In this document: piece after piece, positions 11,680 through 22,603 of the stretch
How the letters are laid out: each line of letters starts with the position of its first letter
How positions within the stretch are numbered: the stretch's first letter is position 1
Source of the DNA: Tetramitus jugosus
Lineage: Eukaryota > Protista > Heterolobosea
NCBI GenBank assembly: GCA_937625935.1
Contig: OW569386.1
Location: forward strand, 186,001-250,000
Reading direction: 5' to 3'
DNA length: 64,000 nt
Translations under genes and position numbers: made by a program
The notes under the pieces: generated by a model
What the model was told of the DNA's origin: nothing
What the model saw: only the letters and a program-made list of their open reading frames with translations
Database searches by the model: none

Positions 11680-11693
11680 AGAGTCATTTTGTT

Positions 11694-13871
11694 TTATTTT
11701 AGATTATTGAGCATGTTGCGTTGTTTGTCAAGTTCTGTTCTCAATTCACTATTCTCACTCATGTCGTGACCAATTAGAAGATAGACGTCCATTCGCTGAT
11801 CAGATATGATCATTCGACGTTTTTTGATCTGTAAGAGCAGTGGGGTTTGATGGTTTGTCACAGCATCTTTGATATGAGTTTCTATCGAAGTATCTTCTTC
11901 CAATGTCTTCAAATCGTCGCATTCAATCACAGAGGAGATGGGCAAGGTTCCATACGTCGTGTTTGGTGTGTATCCAAATCGATGGAAGAATGTATGATTG
12001 GCTACCATGATAACACCAGAGGCGTTACAAAAGATGACAATCTCATTCAGAGAGCTCATGATGACTTCCATCTGATTTCCTTCGACATCTGCTCGAAGGT
12101 TTATGGTTTGCAACGATTCATTCTCATCCGTGATCATTTCAAAGGTGTTTTCCAACGACATTAAGAGACCATTAATAAATTGCGTCAACGTTCCAATCTC
12201 TCCAAAATCTACCAAGTGTATTCTCTCGGTAATATCATTGTCCTTAACAATATTTTTCAATTGCAAACTCAATTTGCTAATTGGCTGCAATACTGTGATT
12301 TCCACGAATAGCACAACAATAATGGCCAGCAGGAGAACAATAATGGCCATAACTCCATAGTTGAAGAGAAATGCCTTAATTGCAAGCAACATCAACGGTT
12401 GAGGTTCATCAAGTCTCAGCAACACTGATTTTTCACCAAATATATCCTTAAGGATGAAGAAGGAAGCACTCCGCATAGAATCCGAAGCTACATCTTCGTT
12501 CCAACACTGTCTATCTTTCGATTTTGACTTATTGCTCTTGGTATTCCAAACTGTACGATAAAACGGACGACAGCCCACACACGCAGAACTATTCATACTC
12601 AAAATGATCGGATCAATCGTTTCAGCTCTCTTGAGAACCGATTTCACCATTTGTGATTCTCTCGTCTCATTTTGCGAATATAACGTTAAACAGAGCTGAG
12701 ATCTCTGTGCAAGGATTTGAACTTGACGCGCATTGAATATCTTTGCATAGAGCAAAATTCCCACCGTATTCGGAGTCGAATAAAACATGGGCATTGTCGT
12801 GGCGAGCAAAGTGTCTCCGTTTCGCGTATGCATGAATCCACCCTTGCTATTCTGAGTATTCTCCATTTCTTGGTTCAATGGATGTCCAATCGGCAATTCA
12901 TTCAACTCCATGGGCCACTCTAGCGCTTCCAACGTTTCTAAATCGTAGGCAACTCCTCTGGCCAACGTTCCATTCAAAAAGTAGAATCCAGCATAGTTGA
13001 TCTGGTGCGACTGTTGCATGTACTCTGCAAAGTAGTAACTATCGATAAAATCGTTCAATTTCTCCTGCGAAAACTGACCTGGTTCAAAAATGTCAGCCAC
13101 AATCCAATTCGAGTACGATTGTTGCTTGTCCAACGTTCGTCTCACATCATTGTACATGTTGCTCATGACTCGAAGAACAGAATCCTGTGCAATCAAACTA
13201 CTCAACTTGTTAAATATGCCGGCGTAGACACCAATGAGTGTCACACCAAACAACAGCATCATGATCAACAGAGAGATGATGAGTGTGAGCACAGTTTTAC
13301 TCCTAATGTTGCACAACACTCTTGAACACAATCTCACACTGGATTGAAACCATGTTTCATTCAAATCAAGCTTTTTACTCTTGTCTGCACCTCCTTGATA
13401 ATTTTGATAGGGTTGTTGCCGAGGTGAAGATCCATTGAGTGTCTTGGAATAATACTTTTTCATTTGAGAGGATAATGGCTTGCCCTTGGATGCATGTTTC
13501 TTGTTGTTCTTGCTGTTGATATGACTTTTGCTACCAAGAAGCTCTGTAGATGAAGCCACTTGATGTTGCTTCTTTCTCATGTCAATTCCAATGATGGCAC
13601 CACCACCACCCCTCGTAGCAACGCTACCAGAGAGTATCATTGCATTGGTAGTAGTTGTAGTCGTCGTCGTAGTAGTGCTGCTATTGCTTTGACCTCTGTG
13701 ATGATGATGATGATGGACACGAAAGGAAGAAGTGCTCGTCGAGGTTAAATCTGTACTATTGTTGTTCGTATTGTAAGGATCATCATCGTACGAGTGTTCA
13801 TTGAGATCGACGCCTAGGATCTCTGCGAGAGGTACACGTGATAATGGAATAAATTGGGCACTGAGAGACAT
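11694..13871 (-). CDS. Membrane sensor protein TM-CHASE4-TM-HAMP-PAS, no output domain
   Basis: Two TM helices flank a CHASE4-like region (SYSNW..D). HAMP LQPISKLS...ERI...GEIGTLTQFINGLL; PAS IMSSLNEIVIFCNASGVIMVANHTF...FGY; ends after D-M-S-E plus a coiled coil. Confidence 0.75.
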   Translation of the reverse strand: MSLSAQFIPLSRVPLAEILGVDLNEHSYDDDPYNTNNNSTDLTSTSTSSFRVHHHHHHRGQSNSSTTTTTTTTTTNAMILSGSVATRGGGGAIIGIDMRKKQHQVASSTELLGSKSHINSKNNKKHASKGKPLSSQMKKYYSKTLNGSSPRQQPYQNYQGGADKSKKLDLNETWFQSSVRLCSRVLCNIRSKTVLTLIISLLIMMLLFGVTLIGVYAGIFNKLSSLIAQDSVLRVMSNMYNDVRRTLDKQQSYSNWIVADIFEPGQFSQEKLNDFIDSYYFAEYMQQSHQINYAGFYFLNGTLARGVAYDLETLEALEWPMELNELPIGHPLNQEMENTQNSKGGFMHTRNGDTLLATTMPMFYSTPNTVGILLYAKIFNARQVQILAQRSQLCLTLYSQNETRESQMVKSVLKRAETIDPIILSMNSSACVGCRPFYRTVWNTKSNKSKSKDRQCWNEDVASDSMRSASFFILKDIFGEKSVLLRLDEPQPLMLLAIKAFLFNYGVMAIIVLLLAIIVVLFVEITVLQPISKLSLQLKNIVKDNDITERIHLVDFGEIGTLTQFINGLLMSLENTFEMITDENESLQTINLRADVEGNQMEVIMSSLNEIVIFCNASGVIMVANHTFFHRFGYTPNTTYGTLPISSVIECDDLKTLEEDTSIETHIKDAVTNHQTPLLLQIKKRRMIISDQRMDVYLLIGHDMSENSELRTELDKQRNMLNNLK

Positions 13872-14170
13872 GATGTATGTTAGCTTACGTTTGTTGTTGA
13901 TTGAGGATAAGTTGGTGTGTGATGTTTATGCTGTGAATGCTTTTCAGCATGTAGTCGTATTATCCCCACCAAAAGGCGTGGCAATGTCCAAAACTCTGAT
14001 GTCACCATCAACGAGACATTCCTGGAGCGCAAAAGTCGGTTCGTTTGACGTGTGATGTTTCGGTTGGCTTCCGCAGGGGATGTCGCTATCTATGTGCGGG
14101 CATGCTTACGGCGGGAGTTTGTTGGAATGTGGAAAGAAAATATTTTGGAACGAAGCAGGAAGGAAGGAAC

Positions 14171-15757
14171 TCATTTAGAGAAGGCTAAGCTATCGATAAC
14201 ACTGATACCAATCCAGAAACCACCTTCTGGTGTTCCAGCTACCTTGGTCCGAAGCAAATGACCAGCATGCTCGTTCAGGTACGTTTTCGTTCCTGATGCA
14301 ATAAATGTGCCGTATATGCCCAGTTCACTCGTGCTTGTGACGTGCTTGTGAACTCCATCACGAACAAATATTGCCTCTTGTGACTCTGGGCAAATCTTTC
14401 GCATGAGGATGTACTCGTCAGTTCGTTTCGTCGCAGACAAGATGTCCACCATCTTCTCACCGACAATCAAATGACCTCCTCCCTCACGATGAGGCTTCAA
14501 TACATAGGAATCAGGATTCTGTACGGCATCTGTCACGAAACACTCATGTTCTGGATCAACCAGCGAATAAATACCAGTAAATGTTTCCATTATACTGTCC
14601 AACTTGTCCTGGTGCTCGTGACTCAACACTGACCTCAACACATTTTCATCGGCCAACACTTGTTGCATCTTCTTTGCTCCCACGAGCTGATATCCAACAG
14701 TGGGACAATTAATGGCCGTTGACTGTTCCAATTTTTCTCTTGTTTCCCAATGAGCCATCGTAGGATACTCGTCAGGACCATAACCTGCTCTATAATACAC
14801 CACACTGACCATGTAACGATCATCCACGATCAAATGATTCGTCTCTTCATCCACAAAACTGCACGTTATCAATTGTTCCAACGTTCTTCGAAGCACAATG
14901 ATTCCACTCTGATTCAACGCATATTCCAAGTGTCTCTGATCAGATATGTTACCTTCATCGCTTTGAACAACAAACAACACACATGATTGCGACCACTTTT
15001 TCTTATCATTGCTCTCGTTGTTTTGATTCTTGTTCGAGGCTTGATCGAGCCAAATGTTGTGACCCAATCGCAAAGCTTCAGGTATCTTGGTCATGCTCTC
15101 TGATATTGGTATCTCAATATCATCATTGCTGTTTTTTGGAGTTAAATTGTGAAAATGATTATGCATTTTGGCAATTTTGGTTGTCATGACACCCAAGCCT
15201 GAAGAAATGGTGTTCATTTCAACCATTTGCATCACACTTTCACTTGTTGTTCTTGTGTTGCTTGTATTTTCGATACAATCAGTCGCAGCTCCACTGCCAT
15301 TTTCACTTGAATTTTCATGAGCCATAGCTGTAGCTGAGCAATGAGGCATGTAATCCACTCTGTGCACACCCATGCAAATCTTGTTGCTGTAGTCCACTCT
15401 GCTATAAATGGAAAATAGTTGCTTTACAAAATCATCGTGTTCAATCACTTTCTCAAAACTTTTTTTCATAAAATCAAAATTGAGCGAAATTCGATGAATG
15501 AGCTCATTCAAGTAAATTTGAAGCTCTTGAAGGCGAACTAGCTGTTCACGTCGTATCATGTCCACTTTTGGGTACAAGGTGTAGGGAAGTGCATGAACTT
15601 GACGAGTTTGCTTATTGAGGAACAAAATTCCGTTGCCAAGTGCATAATGATAAGTATCACTGACAAGTTGGTTGATTTCTTGGTCTTCCTCTTGTTGTTG
15701 ATGCGCAGCGGTAATAGTTTCTTCCTTCAATGTTGTTGTTGTTTTTGGTTGCGTCAT
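14171..15757 (-). CDS. GSS: Glutathione synthetase (eukaryotic type)
   Basis: RVDYM, VEMNTIS, EGNISDQR, VVYYRAGYGPDEY, QLVGAKKMQQ, VLKPHREGGG, YILM, SELGIYG, GHLLRTK..EGG. Confidence 0.95.
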   Translation of the reverse strand: MTQPKTTTTLKEETITAAHQQQEEDQEINQLVSDTYHYALGNGILFLNKQTRQVHALPYTLYPKVDMIRREQLVRLQELQIYLNELIHRISLNFDFMKKSFEKVIEHDDFVKQLFSIYSRVDYSNKICMGVHRVDYMPHCSATAMAHENSSENGSGAATDCIENTSNTRTTSESVMQMVEMNTISSGLGVMTTKIAKMHNHFHNLTPKNSNDDIEIPISESMTKIPEALRLGHNIWLDQASNKNQNNESNDKKKWSQSCVLFVVQSDEGNISDQRHLEYALNQSGIIVLRRTLEQLITCSFVDEETNHLIVDDRYMVSVVYYRAGYGPDEYPTMAHWETREKLEQSTAINCPTVGYQLVGAKKMQQVLADENVLRSVLSHEHQDKLDSIMETFTGIYSLVDPEHECFVTDAVQNPDSYVLKPHREGGGHLIVGEKMVDILSATKRTDEYILMRKICPESQEAIFVRDGVHKHVTSTSELGIYGTFIASGTKTYLNEHAGHLLRTKVAGTPEGGFWIGISVIDSLAFSK

Positions 15758-16139
15758 TGCACGTTTTGTTTTCTTTACTCTTTGCTCGAGCGAGAAACGA
15801 ATCGGCGACCCCCTTTATTCTTCCCGCCGCTGGAGTTTCTGCGGCACAATTTCCGCGCACTGAACTGCAGAAGAGAAAGCAACGTAAAAAAGACACACGT
15901 GGTCAAATAAACTTCTAAAGAAGAAGTTTGGCATGTTCGTCCGCTCGACGTGCGCACCATTGAGCAGGTTTGATCATCTAGAAGGTTGGTGGCCTAAATA
16001 GAGATTCGTGTTGGTTGTCTAGAGTTGCATCGTTTCCCAGGTTATGTCCTCAGCTGTAAAGTTGTCCATTCACAAAAACTGATGAAACTACGACTGCCGA
16101 ATTCGTTGAGGGAAAGACATCTTAATTCACTGTTCACCA

Positions 16140-16290
16140 TTGGCTTGTGTTACAACTAGTCGCTCTGCTGGTGGTCATCGTGCGAGAACTCTTCAACATG
16201 AGATATGTGACTGGGCGTGAAAGTACCTTTGGCTTCGAAGGAACGAACTGAACGAGATCGAATAGGGAACTCATTGTGATTTATACCACT
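16140..16290 (+). pseudogene. Possible decayed alpha/beta-hydrolase C-terminal fragment
   Basis: Broken frames read LLVVI..ENSST and ELNEIE*GTHCDLY, resembling the L..IEGATHxDLY His-loop of YcjY-like hydrolases. Confidence 0.3.
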
Positions 16291-16520
16291 AGTAAAGGGG
16301 CCATAGTGAACTGACAGGAACCAATAACATTAAAATATTTTGACAGCCATTCAAAATGGCTGCAGTATTGCCACTTACAAGCACAGGTTTTCCTGTCTCA
16401 AACTTGTGATGATCATCCAGAGCATAACTGTGCTTGTGACCTTTGTATACAGCCACTTGGCCGTTTTCTTCCACTGGACTACAGACTATGACTTCCCTCA
16501 TTTAGTTGGTATCCACACAC
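16289..16520 (-). pseudogene. Arsenite methyltransferase (AS3MT/ArsM) C-terminal relic
   Basis: GQVAVYKG.HSYALDDHHKFETGKPVLVSGNTAAIL matches the ArsM C-terminal domain; the SAM-binding region is absent and the frame breaks. Confidence 0.75.
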
Positions 16521-16740
16521 TTTCAATAAATAGTATTCATTGAGAAGGCACTACCTTACTTGAAGGGTATTCATTGTTGACAAAACTGGCTTGCCGCGAA
16601 AATTGTTTTGTATCCATGAAGAAAGCGGCGCCAAATATCAAAAACACAAAAATCACCTTTGACCCATCCAATCAATTTATCAACAACACCAACCCATTAT
16701 CTTTTTCATCAACAACATTGCCTTAAGGAATTGACGAAGC

Positions 16741-18943
16741 ATGGAGGGTCTCAATTTTGTACATATCGATGATGAAAATCCAAACAACAACAACAACAAC
16801 AACTCAAGCAATAACAACACAAATCATCATCATCATCATGTCACTCAATCAAGCATACCCAGAGATGAAGATCATGTAGGATTCTTGAAGCTCTATCGGC
16901 ACGAACGATTTTGGTACAGTTTTGTCTATGAGACGTACCATGATTTTTGTAATTTTAAATTCTCGAGGTATGTGTGTACGACGGCATCTTTGGAGAAAGC
17001 CGTGAGCGATTCTCTTTTTTTTCCTAGAGAGTCATGTGATTACTTACCAATTTGTTGGTTTACATCATGAAAATGTTGATAGAAATGGATTGACCAATTT
17101 TTTGCGAACGGGATTCTTGCAGTTCATTAGTCTGATTACGCTGTACCTTCAATTTCTATCACTGGTTCTATTGCCGTCGTTACTATGGTCAAAAACAACG
17201 AAAAGAGCATTTTCAGTGTTTAGTGTGATTCGAACGTGGCACTTGGAGCCTTTATTCAATGGATTTCACAGTTTTTTAGGAACAAAGTCTCAATTGATTG
17301 AGAATGATTTTAATTGGAGTTCTCCCAAGATTCAAAAATATGGAAATGTGCTCAATTTTTATTTTCCAGTGATTAGTGCCTTGGTTGTTTGTTGGACGTT
17401 GATTGGGACTGTTGTTTCCCTGTTTGTGATTCATTGGTACAAGTGGAGATTGACGAAAAAGTGGAAGACAGAGCGCCGCAGTGATGTGAATCGAACAAAC
17501 AACAACGAAGGAGATGATCGAGACCAAGAAGACCAATCATATGATTTTGAGAATGATCCGCGAATAGGAAGAAGATGGAGATGGATTGCAAAGTACCGAC
17601 TCGTTTGTCTCTATGTGTTTCACATTTTTATTCAGATTATGCCTGCAATTTTCATTCCGATTGTGACTGCGCAATTGAGCACTGCCAACTGTTTCAATCA
17701 TTACATTATTGCGATTGATGATTTGGAGAGTGATACGACGAGTGTTTGTCGATCTACATGGGTGCTCAAAGTGTTAAACATCGTTTCATTCTTTGTGTTT
17801 ACTCCACTGTTTATGTTGATCTCATTCTACTTTTATGAATGGAGACCAGAACAGCCGAATGTGTGCGGTAAAGCACACTCTAGATACGATTCCTTAGTTT
17901 ATTTGGGAGTGTTTACATGTGTGTTTGCTACTGCCTTTATGGAGTCTTGGATCATCATTGTGAGTTTATACGAGTTCTTGATTGTGATGCTCATCGTGAT
18001 GCTCCACATATTTACCATGGTCTACTATAAGAAATTGGTGAATTTGATGCTGACAGTGTTTACGTTCACACTCATGTTTGCCTCGGTAATTGCAATTTTG
18101 ATGGGCACATTCATGTCACTGACGCAAACATTCCACTATTCTCAAGACAATTACCCTGGATTGATCATGTTTGTATGTTGCTTCCTTTCGATCATTTCTG
18201 GAGCAATTCTCACTTTTTTGAGATATCACGTGATTGGAGTGTTGGTCAACGATCCTGTGGCTCTGGCTTTCTGGAATAATTTGCTCCAACAGAGACACAT
18301 GACTGCCAATGAGATTATTGTGCCTCGATCCTCGCTCGAAGTTGAATTGGCGATTCGATCCATGTCCAAAGCCTCCAACGTGTTCTATACGCCACCGAGA
18401 ACAGAACGGGAGAGACTTGACCGATGGTTAGAAGTTGACCGAGTTGAAGAAATGTTTCGAAATGCGATGGACTCTATACATCACTCGAGTCCCTTCGTGT
18501 ACCTCTCATTTGCTACCTTTAAGCTCCATCTGGATCCTCCACAAAGAGAGCAGTCACTGTTCTCGTTAGATGAGGAAGCGAGTGCAGATGCGAGCCCTCC
18601 CATTACCGACCCAGAACTTAATGCAGGAAACTGGACCACGGCCAAATACATGTTGAGTGCTCTGTCCAATCGAATCCAAAGACAATCACCATTCCAAAAA
18701 TTTTTATCATGGTTTATCGATCTTCGATTGGCATACTATGTTAGGTGGAGGTACTGGGAAGACAATAAGCTCGAAGAATCGTTGCAAATCTTGAGACAGA
18801 GAGGTCAAGAACTTGCCAGAAGTGGTCTCTCACCAGCAACAACAAACACCACAGCAAATGTGTCATCCAATCCTAGTGACCAACAAGAGACGACCTCTGC
18901 AACAACGATACCAACAGTACAACAGCCTGAACGAAGTACATGA
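16741..18943 (+). CDS. Multi-pass membrane protein, TmcB-like N-terminal region; intron from 16968 (acceptor most likely 17082, alternatively 17031)
   Basis: About 9-10 TM segments, Cys pair, HSRYD, then soluble VELAIR / SPFVYLSFATF / IDLRLAYY motifs resembling the TPR-like region of Dictyostelium TmcB-type proteins. GTATGT donor. Confidence 0.6.
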
Positions 18944-19108
18944 TCGAATTGGAGAACTTAGCTTAACATTGTTGCTGTAGGAAACCAACAATTTCGGCCA
19001 TATAAAAATCCTTAGCGCAGAAGAATGCTTTTGGGTGTTCTTGATTTTATGTTCACAAAACTAACGAACAACACAAACAATTGAAAAATCAGTAGTACTA
19101 CATTGCAA

Positions 19109-20191
19109 ATGCCTGAAGAAAGAGTTTCCATTGTTTTGGATACGTGCATAGCAAATGACATGTTCGAATTGTTGAAAGCGAAAATCAACACTCATTTGGA
19201 ACAATCATTCTCAACCCGGTTCGAGTACGTCGCCACGCTTGGAGATGACTCTTTGTCACAGGGCGAACAATATTCAATGTGCATCACATGGGACGTTAAA
19301 ATTTCACACAGGCACCATTGCATTGCTGTTTCAGATTTTACCAACAACAGAATTCAATTCTTTGATTTGAAGACAAGAGAGTATAAAGCAACACTCTCCA
19401 CTACAAAGCCCATGTTTCTGTGCATTGAGAGGAATTACAAGAATGATGCATCACAGCATGATGCACTCATTTTTGGAACATACACGAATTGCATTTACAA
19501 GTATGATTTAGATCAGGTATTGAGAGGAGAAGAGTGTGAACCAATTTGGATGTTGGGAACACCTGACGAGAAGGGAAGTCGATTGGGTCAGTTTATTTTC
19601 CCACAAGGCATTGCGATGTGTTATTCGAGAAAGTATGACACACTGTTTGGCTCACATGTGACACAAGATGATCGATTACTGTTTGTTTGTGACAATTGTA
19701 ATCATCGTGTCCAAGTATTGAGATCCAGTGATGGGAAGGTTTTGGAATCCTTTGGTGTCCGAAGGAATGACGAAGATGAATCATCACAGAAGCCACTTGA
19801 ATTAATTGAATTCAATGGACCAAATGGAATCGATTTGGATGAAAATGACAACATAATTGTTGCTGAGTATAATGGCGAAAGAGTTCAAATCATTGGAAGA
19901 AGTGGAGAGGATGGACAGTTGACTGTTCTTAACTCAATAATGCTGAATACACAGCCATTAATAAGAAATGTTGTGTATGATCGCGTTGCACGGAATCTTG
20001 TCATTAGCGATTGTGAGGCTCACATAATTTCAGTGCTTGAATGGAGCGGCAAAGTTGTCGCTTGCTTTGGAAGTTACGGGTACACAGAATCCAATCACTT
20101 TGTCGGTCCATGTGGTTTGTGTTTGAATGAATTGACTGGAGAGCTGTATGTGGCTGATTCGGCGAACAACAGAATTCAAATTTTCCACTAA
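19109..20191 (+). CDS. NHL-repeat beta-propeller protein
   Basis: Repeated F..P.GI / VCD..NHRVQV / VADSANNRIQIF motifs. Confidence 0.85.
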   Translation: MPEERVSIVLDTCIANDMFELLKAKINTHLEQSFSTRFEYVATLGDDSLSQGEQYSMCITWDVKISHRHHCIAVSDFTNNRIQFFDLKTREYKATLSTTKPMFLCIERNYKNDASQHDALIFGTYTNCIYKYDLDQVLRGEECEPIWMLGTPDEKGSRLGQFIFPQGIAMCYSRKYDTLFGSHVTQDDRLLFVCDNCNHRVQVLRSSDGKVLESFGVRRNDEDESSQKPLELIEFNGPNGIDLDENDNIIVAEYNGERVQIIGRSGEDGQLTVLNSIMLNTQPLIRNVVYDRVARNLVISDCEAHIISVLEWSGKVVACFGSYGYTESNHFVGPCGLCLNELTGELYVADSANNRIQIFH

Positions 20192-20245
20192 AAGTTGGTC
20201 GGACCGATTTTTGAACCACAGCTTCGAAAACACAGAACAAAGCAC

Positions 20246-21245
20246 ATGTCCGAGGAAAGAGTTTCCATTATTCTAGACGCTGGCATAGTGAATTCTTTTT
20301 TCCACTTGTTTAAGATGAAAATCACCTCACCATTAAAGCAATCTTTTTCAATGCGGTTCGAGCACGTTGCCACGCTTGGAGATGACACTTTGTCACAGGG
20401 CGAACAATATTCAATGTGTATCACATGGGACGTTAAATTGCTGTTTCAGATTTTCACAATCGTAGAATTCAGTTCTTTGATTTGAAAACAAAAGAGTATT
20501 TGGCAACACTCTCTACCCCAGAAGCCATGTTTCTGTGCATTGAGAAGAATTTCAAGAATGATGCACTCATTTTCGGAACATACACGAATTGCATTTACAA
20601 GTATGATTTAGCCCAGATTCTGAGAGGAGAAGAGTGTGAACCAATTTGGATAGCTGATCAGTTCTTTTATCCACAAGGAATTGTAGTGTGCTATTCAAAC
20701 AAGTACGAGAACCTGTTTGGCTCTCATTTGGCCCGAGGTGATCGATTACTGTTCGTTTGTGACGAGTGTACCCATAGTATCAAAGTATTGAGATCCAGTG
20801 ATGGAAAGATATTAGAATCAATCGGTGTTAAAAGGAATGATTCATCACAGAAGACCCTTGACGTAGTTGAATTCAATGGTCCAAGTGGGATCGATTTGGA
20901 TGAACATGACAACTTAATTATTTCTGAATATAGTGGTCGAAGAATTCAAGTCATAGGAAAAAGCGAAGCTGGACAATTGATTGTTCTAAAATCATTACCA
21001 TTGAATACACAACCATGTCGACTAAGGGGTGTTGTGTATGATCATATTGCACGCAATATTATTGTGTGCGATTGCGAAGCCCACACAATTTCAATACTTA
21101 ATGGGGGCCAGGTTGTTTCTTGCTTTGGAAGTTACGAGTTTTCGGAAACCAACGAATTACGGTGCCCATCCGGTTTGTGTTTGAATTGACTGGAGAGCTG
21201 TATGTGGCTGATACCGCGAATAGCAGAATTCAAATTTTCAAGTAG
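20246..21245 (+). pseudogene. Tandem NHL-repeat paralogue, frameshifted
   Basis: Colinear with 19109-20191, with a 22-nt deletion at ~20437 and a 4-nt (TGAA) deletion at ~21187. Confidence 0.85.
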
Positions 21246-21435
21246 TAAAAGTCACTCTGCCCACGCTTATCTCATGGCACACAAATTGTAGTTCTTTGAC
21301 TCGAGCCGTTCCCTACCCGGAGATACTTTTTGTCGGAGGATCGCAATTTCATTTTTTTTTGAGTGAAAAACTTGTCCAGAAAAGAAAAAAGAGAGGAGAA
21401 TCAAACAACAACAGCAAACACGAATATTTTGTGAA

Positions 21436-22233
21436 ATGATGATGATGAACAAGCTTTCTTCCTCAGTGTTGCATTGCAGAAGAGTCGCTGCAACCAACAC
21501 CATTCTCAATCCTTCTCTCGCTCCATCAATTTTTCCCGCCCTTTTTCAACTCCGCTCCTACACCTCCGCGCCTTCTGGCGGTCGCGGATCTAAGCTTGGC
21601 GGCGGAAAACCAAAGCTCTACAATCTCAAGGGCGTGATCCATCCTTACGCGCCAGCTTTTTACCGCCAACAAATGGCGAACAGGCCATTGTCCATCACGG
21701 GCATGTTTAGTGATCGCTTTCGTCTTCTTGTGAACTGGTATAAGAAATGGACGAGCTTTTTTGTAGCTTATCGTAGACTGGGCAAAGAAGAGTTCAATCC
21801 AAGAACTTTTGCCACTACAAAAGCAGTTGCCATCTACAAGGACCTGTATCACAGCATGTACAAGAAGGATTGGAGTGGAATTAGCAAGAATGCTACACAG
21901 GAAGGTGAACGATTTTATAAGAATTTGGTGAGAGACAATCAAGTTCAGTTGGCTCATTGGAACTGTGATGAAGTCAAATCAGCAAAGATTGTTCATGCCA
22001 GTGCAGTCGATGGTCAACAAATGAAAGCTTACATTATTCAAGTGACTGTTCATTTGGTGACTGTGGAGACTGTGACTGAAAAGAATGCAAAGATGGGTCA
22101 AACAGGGGATTTTGAGCGTTATTTGGTGTTTGAGAGAAATGCAACCGATATCAATGTGCCTTGGAAGGTTGTGGGAGAAGTGAAAGCAGAGGACGTGACA
22201 GGAACAAGCAGAGGTTTGTCAAAATTAGTATAA
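21436..22233 (+). CDS. Mitochondrial Tim44-domain protein (MRPL45/Mba1-like)
   Basis: Mitochondrial presequence; F...A..IY..L, QVTV.L...E, YLVFER.....W.V pattern. Confidence 0.7.
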   Translation: MMMMNKLSSSVLHCRRVAATNTILNPSLAPSIFPALFQLRSYTSAPSGGRGSKLGGGKPKLYNLKGVIHPYAPAFYRQQMANRPLSITGMFSDRFRLLVNWYKKWTSFFVAYRRLGKEEFNPRTFATTKAVAIYKDLYHSMYKKDWSGISKNATQEGERFYKNLVRDNQVQLAHWNCDEVKSAKIVHASAVDGQQMKAYIIQVTVHLVTVETVTEKNAKMGQTGDFERYLVFERNATDINVPWKVVGEVKAEDVTGTSRGLSKLV

Positions 22234-22603
22234 GACATGTTCAAAAAGTAAGTAATAAAGCATCACGATTTTGAGTCATGATGACAACATTCATGTGTCT
22301 TGTAATTCTCAGTCAGCAGCCGTACATTATTTCTCTTGGATATTTTTGTTGGTAGACAACGCTGCATTTACGGTTCTTTTCCTCTGTTTTGACACCCTCT
22401 GAAGTGTAGCGGGCAAATCATTCTCCCAATCAAATGCTCACTCTCATATCCTCTCTCAACAAATTTCATCCATCTCTCTCACATCAAAGCTGACTGAGAG
22501 TGAAATGCTGGCGAGTTTAGATTATGCTCTCAAGTAACACTTAACTGCTGATTTTAACACAAGCATTCTCAAGAAACAAATCAACAAGTAGACTAACCAT
22601 TAA

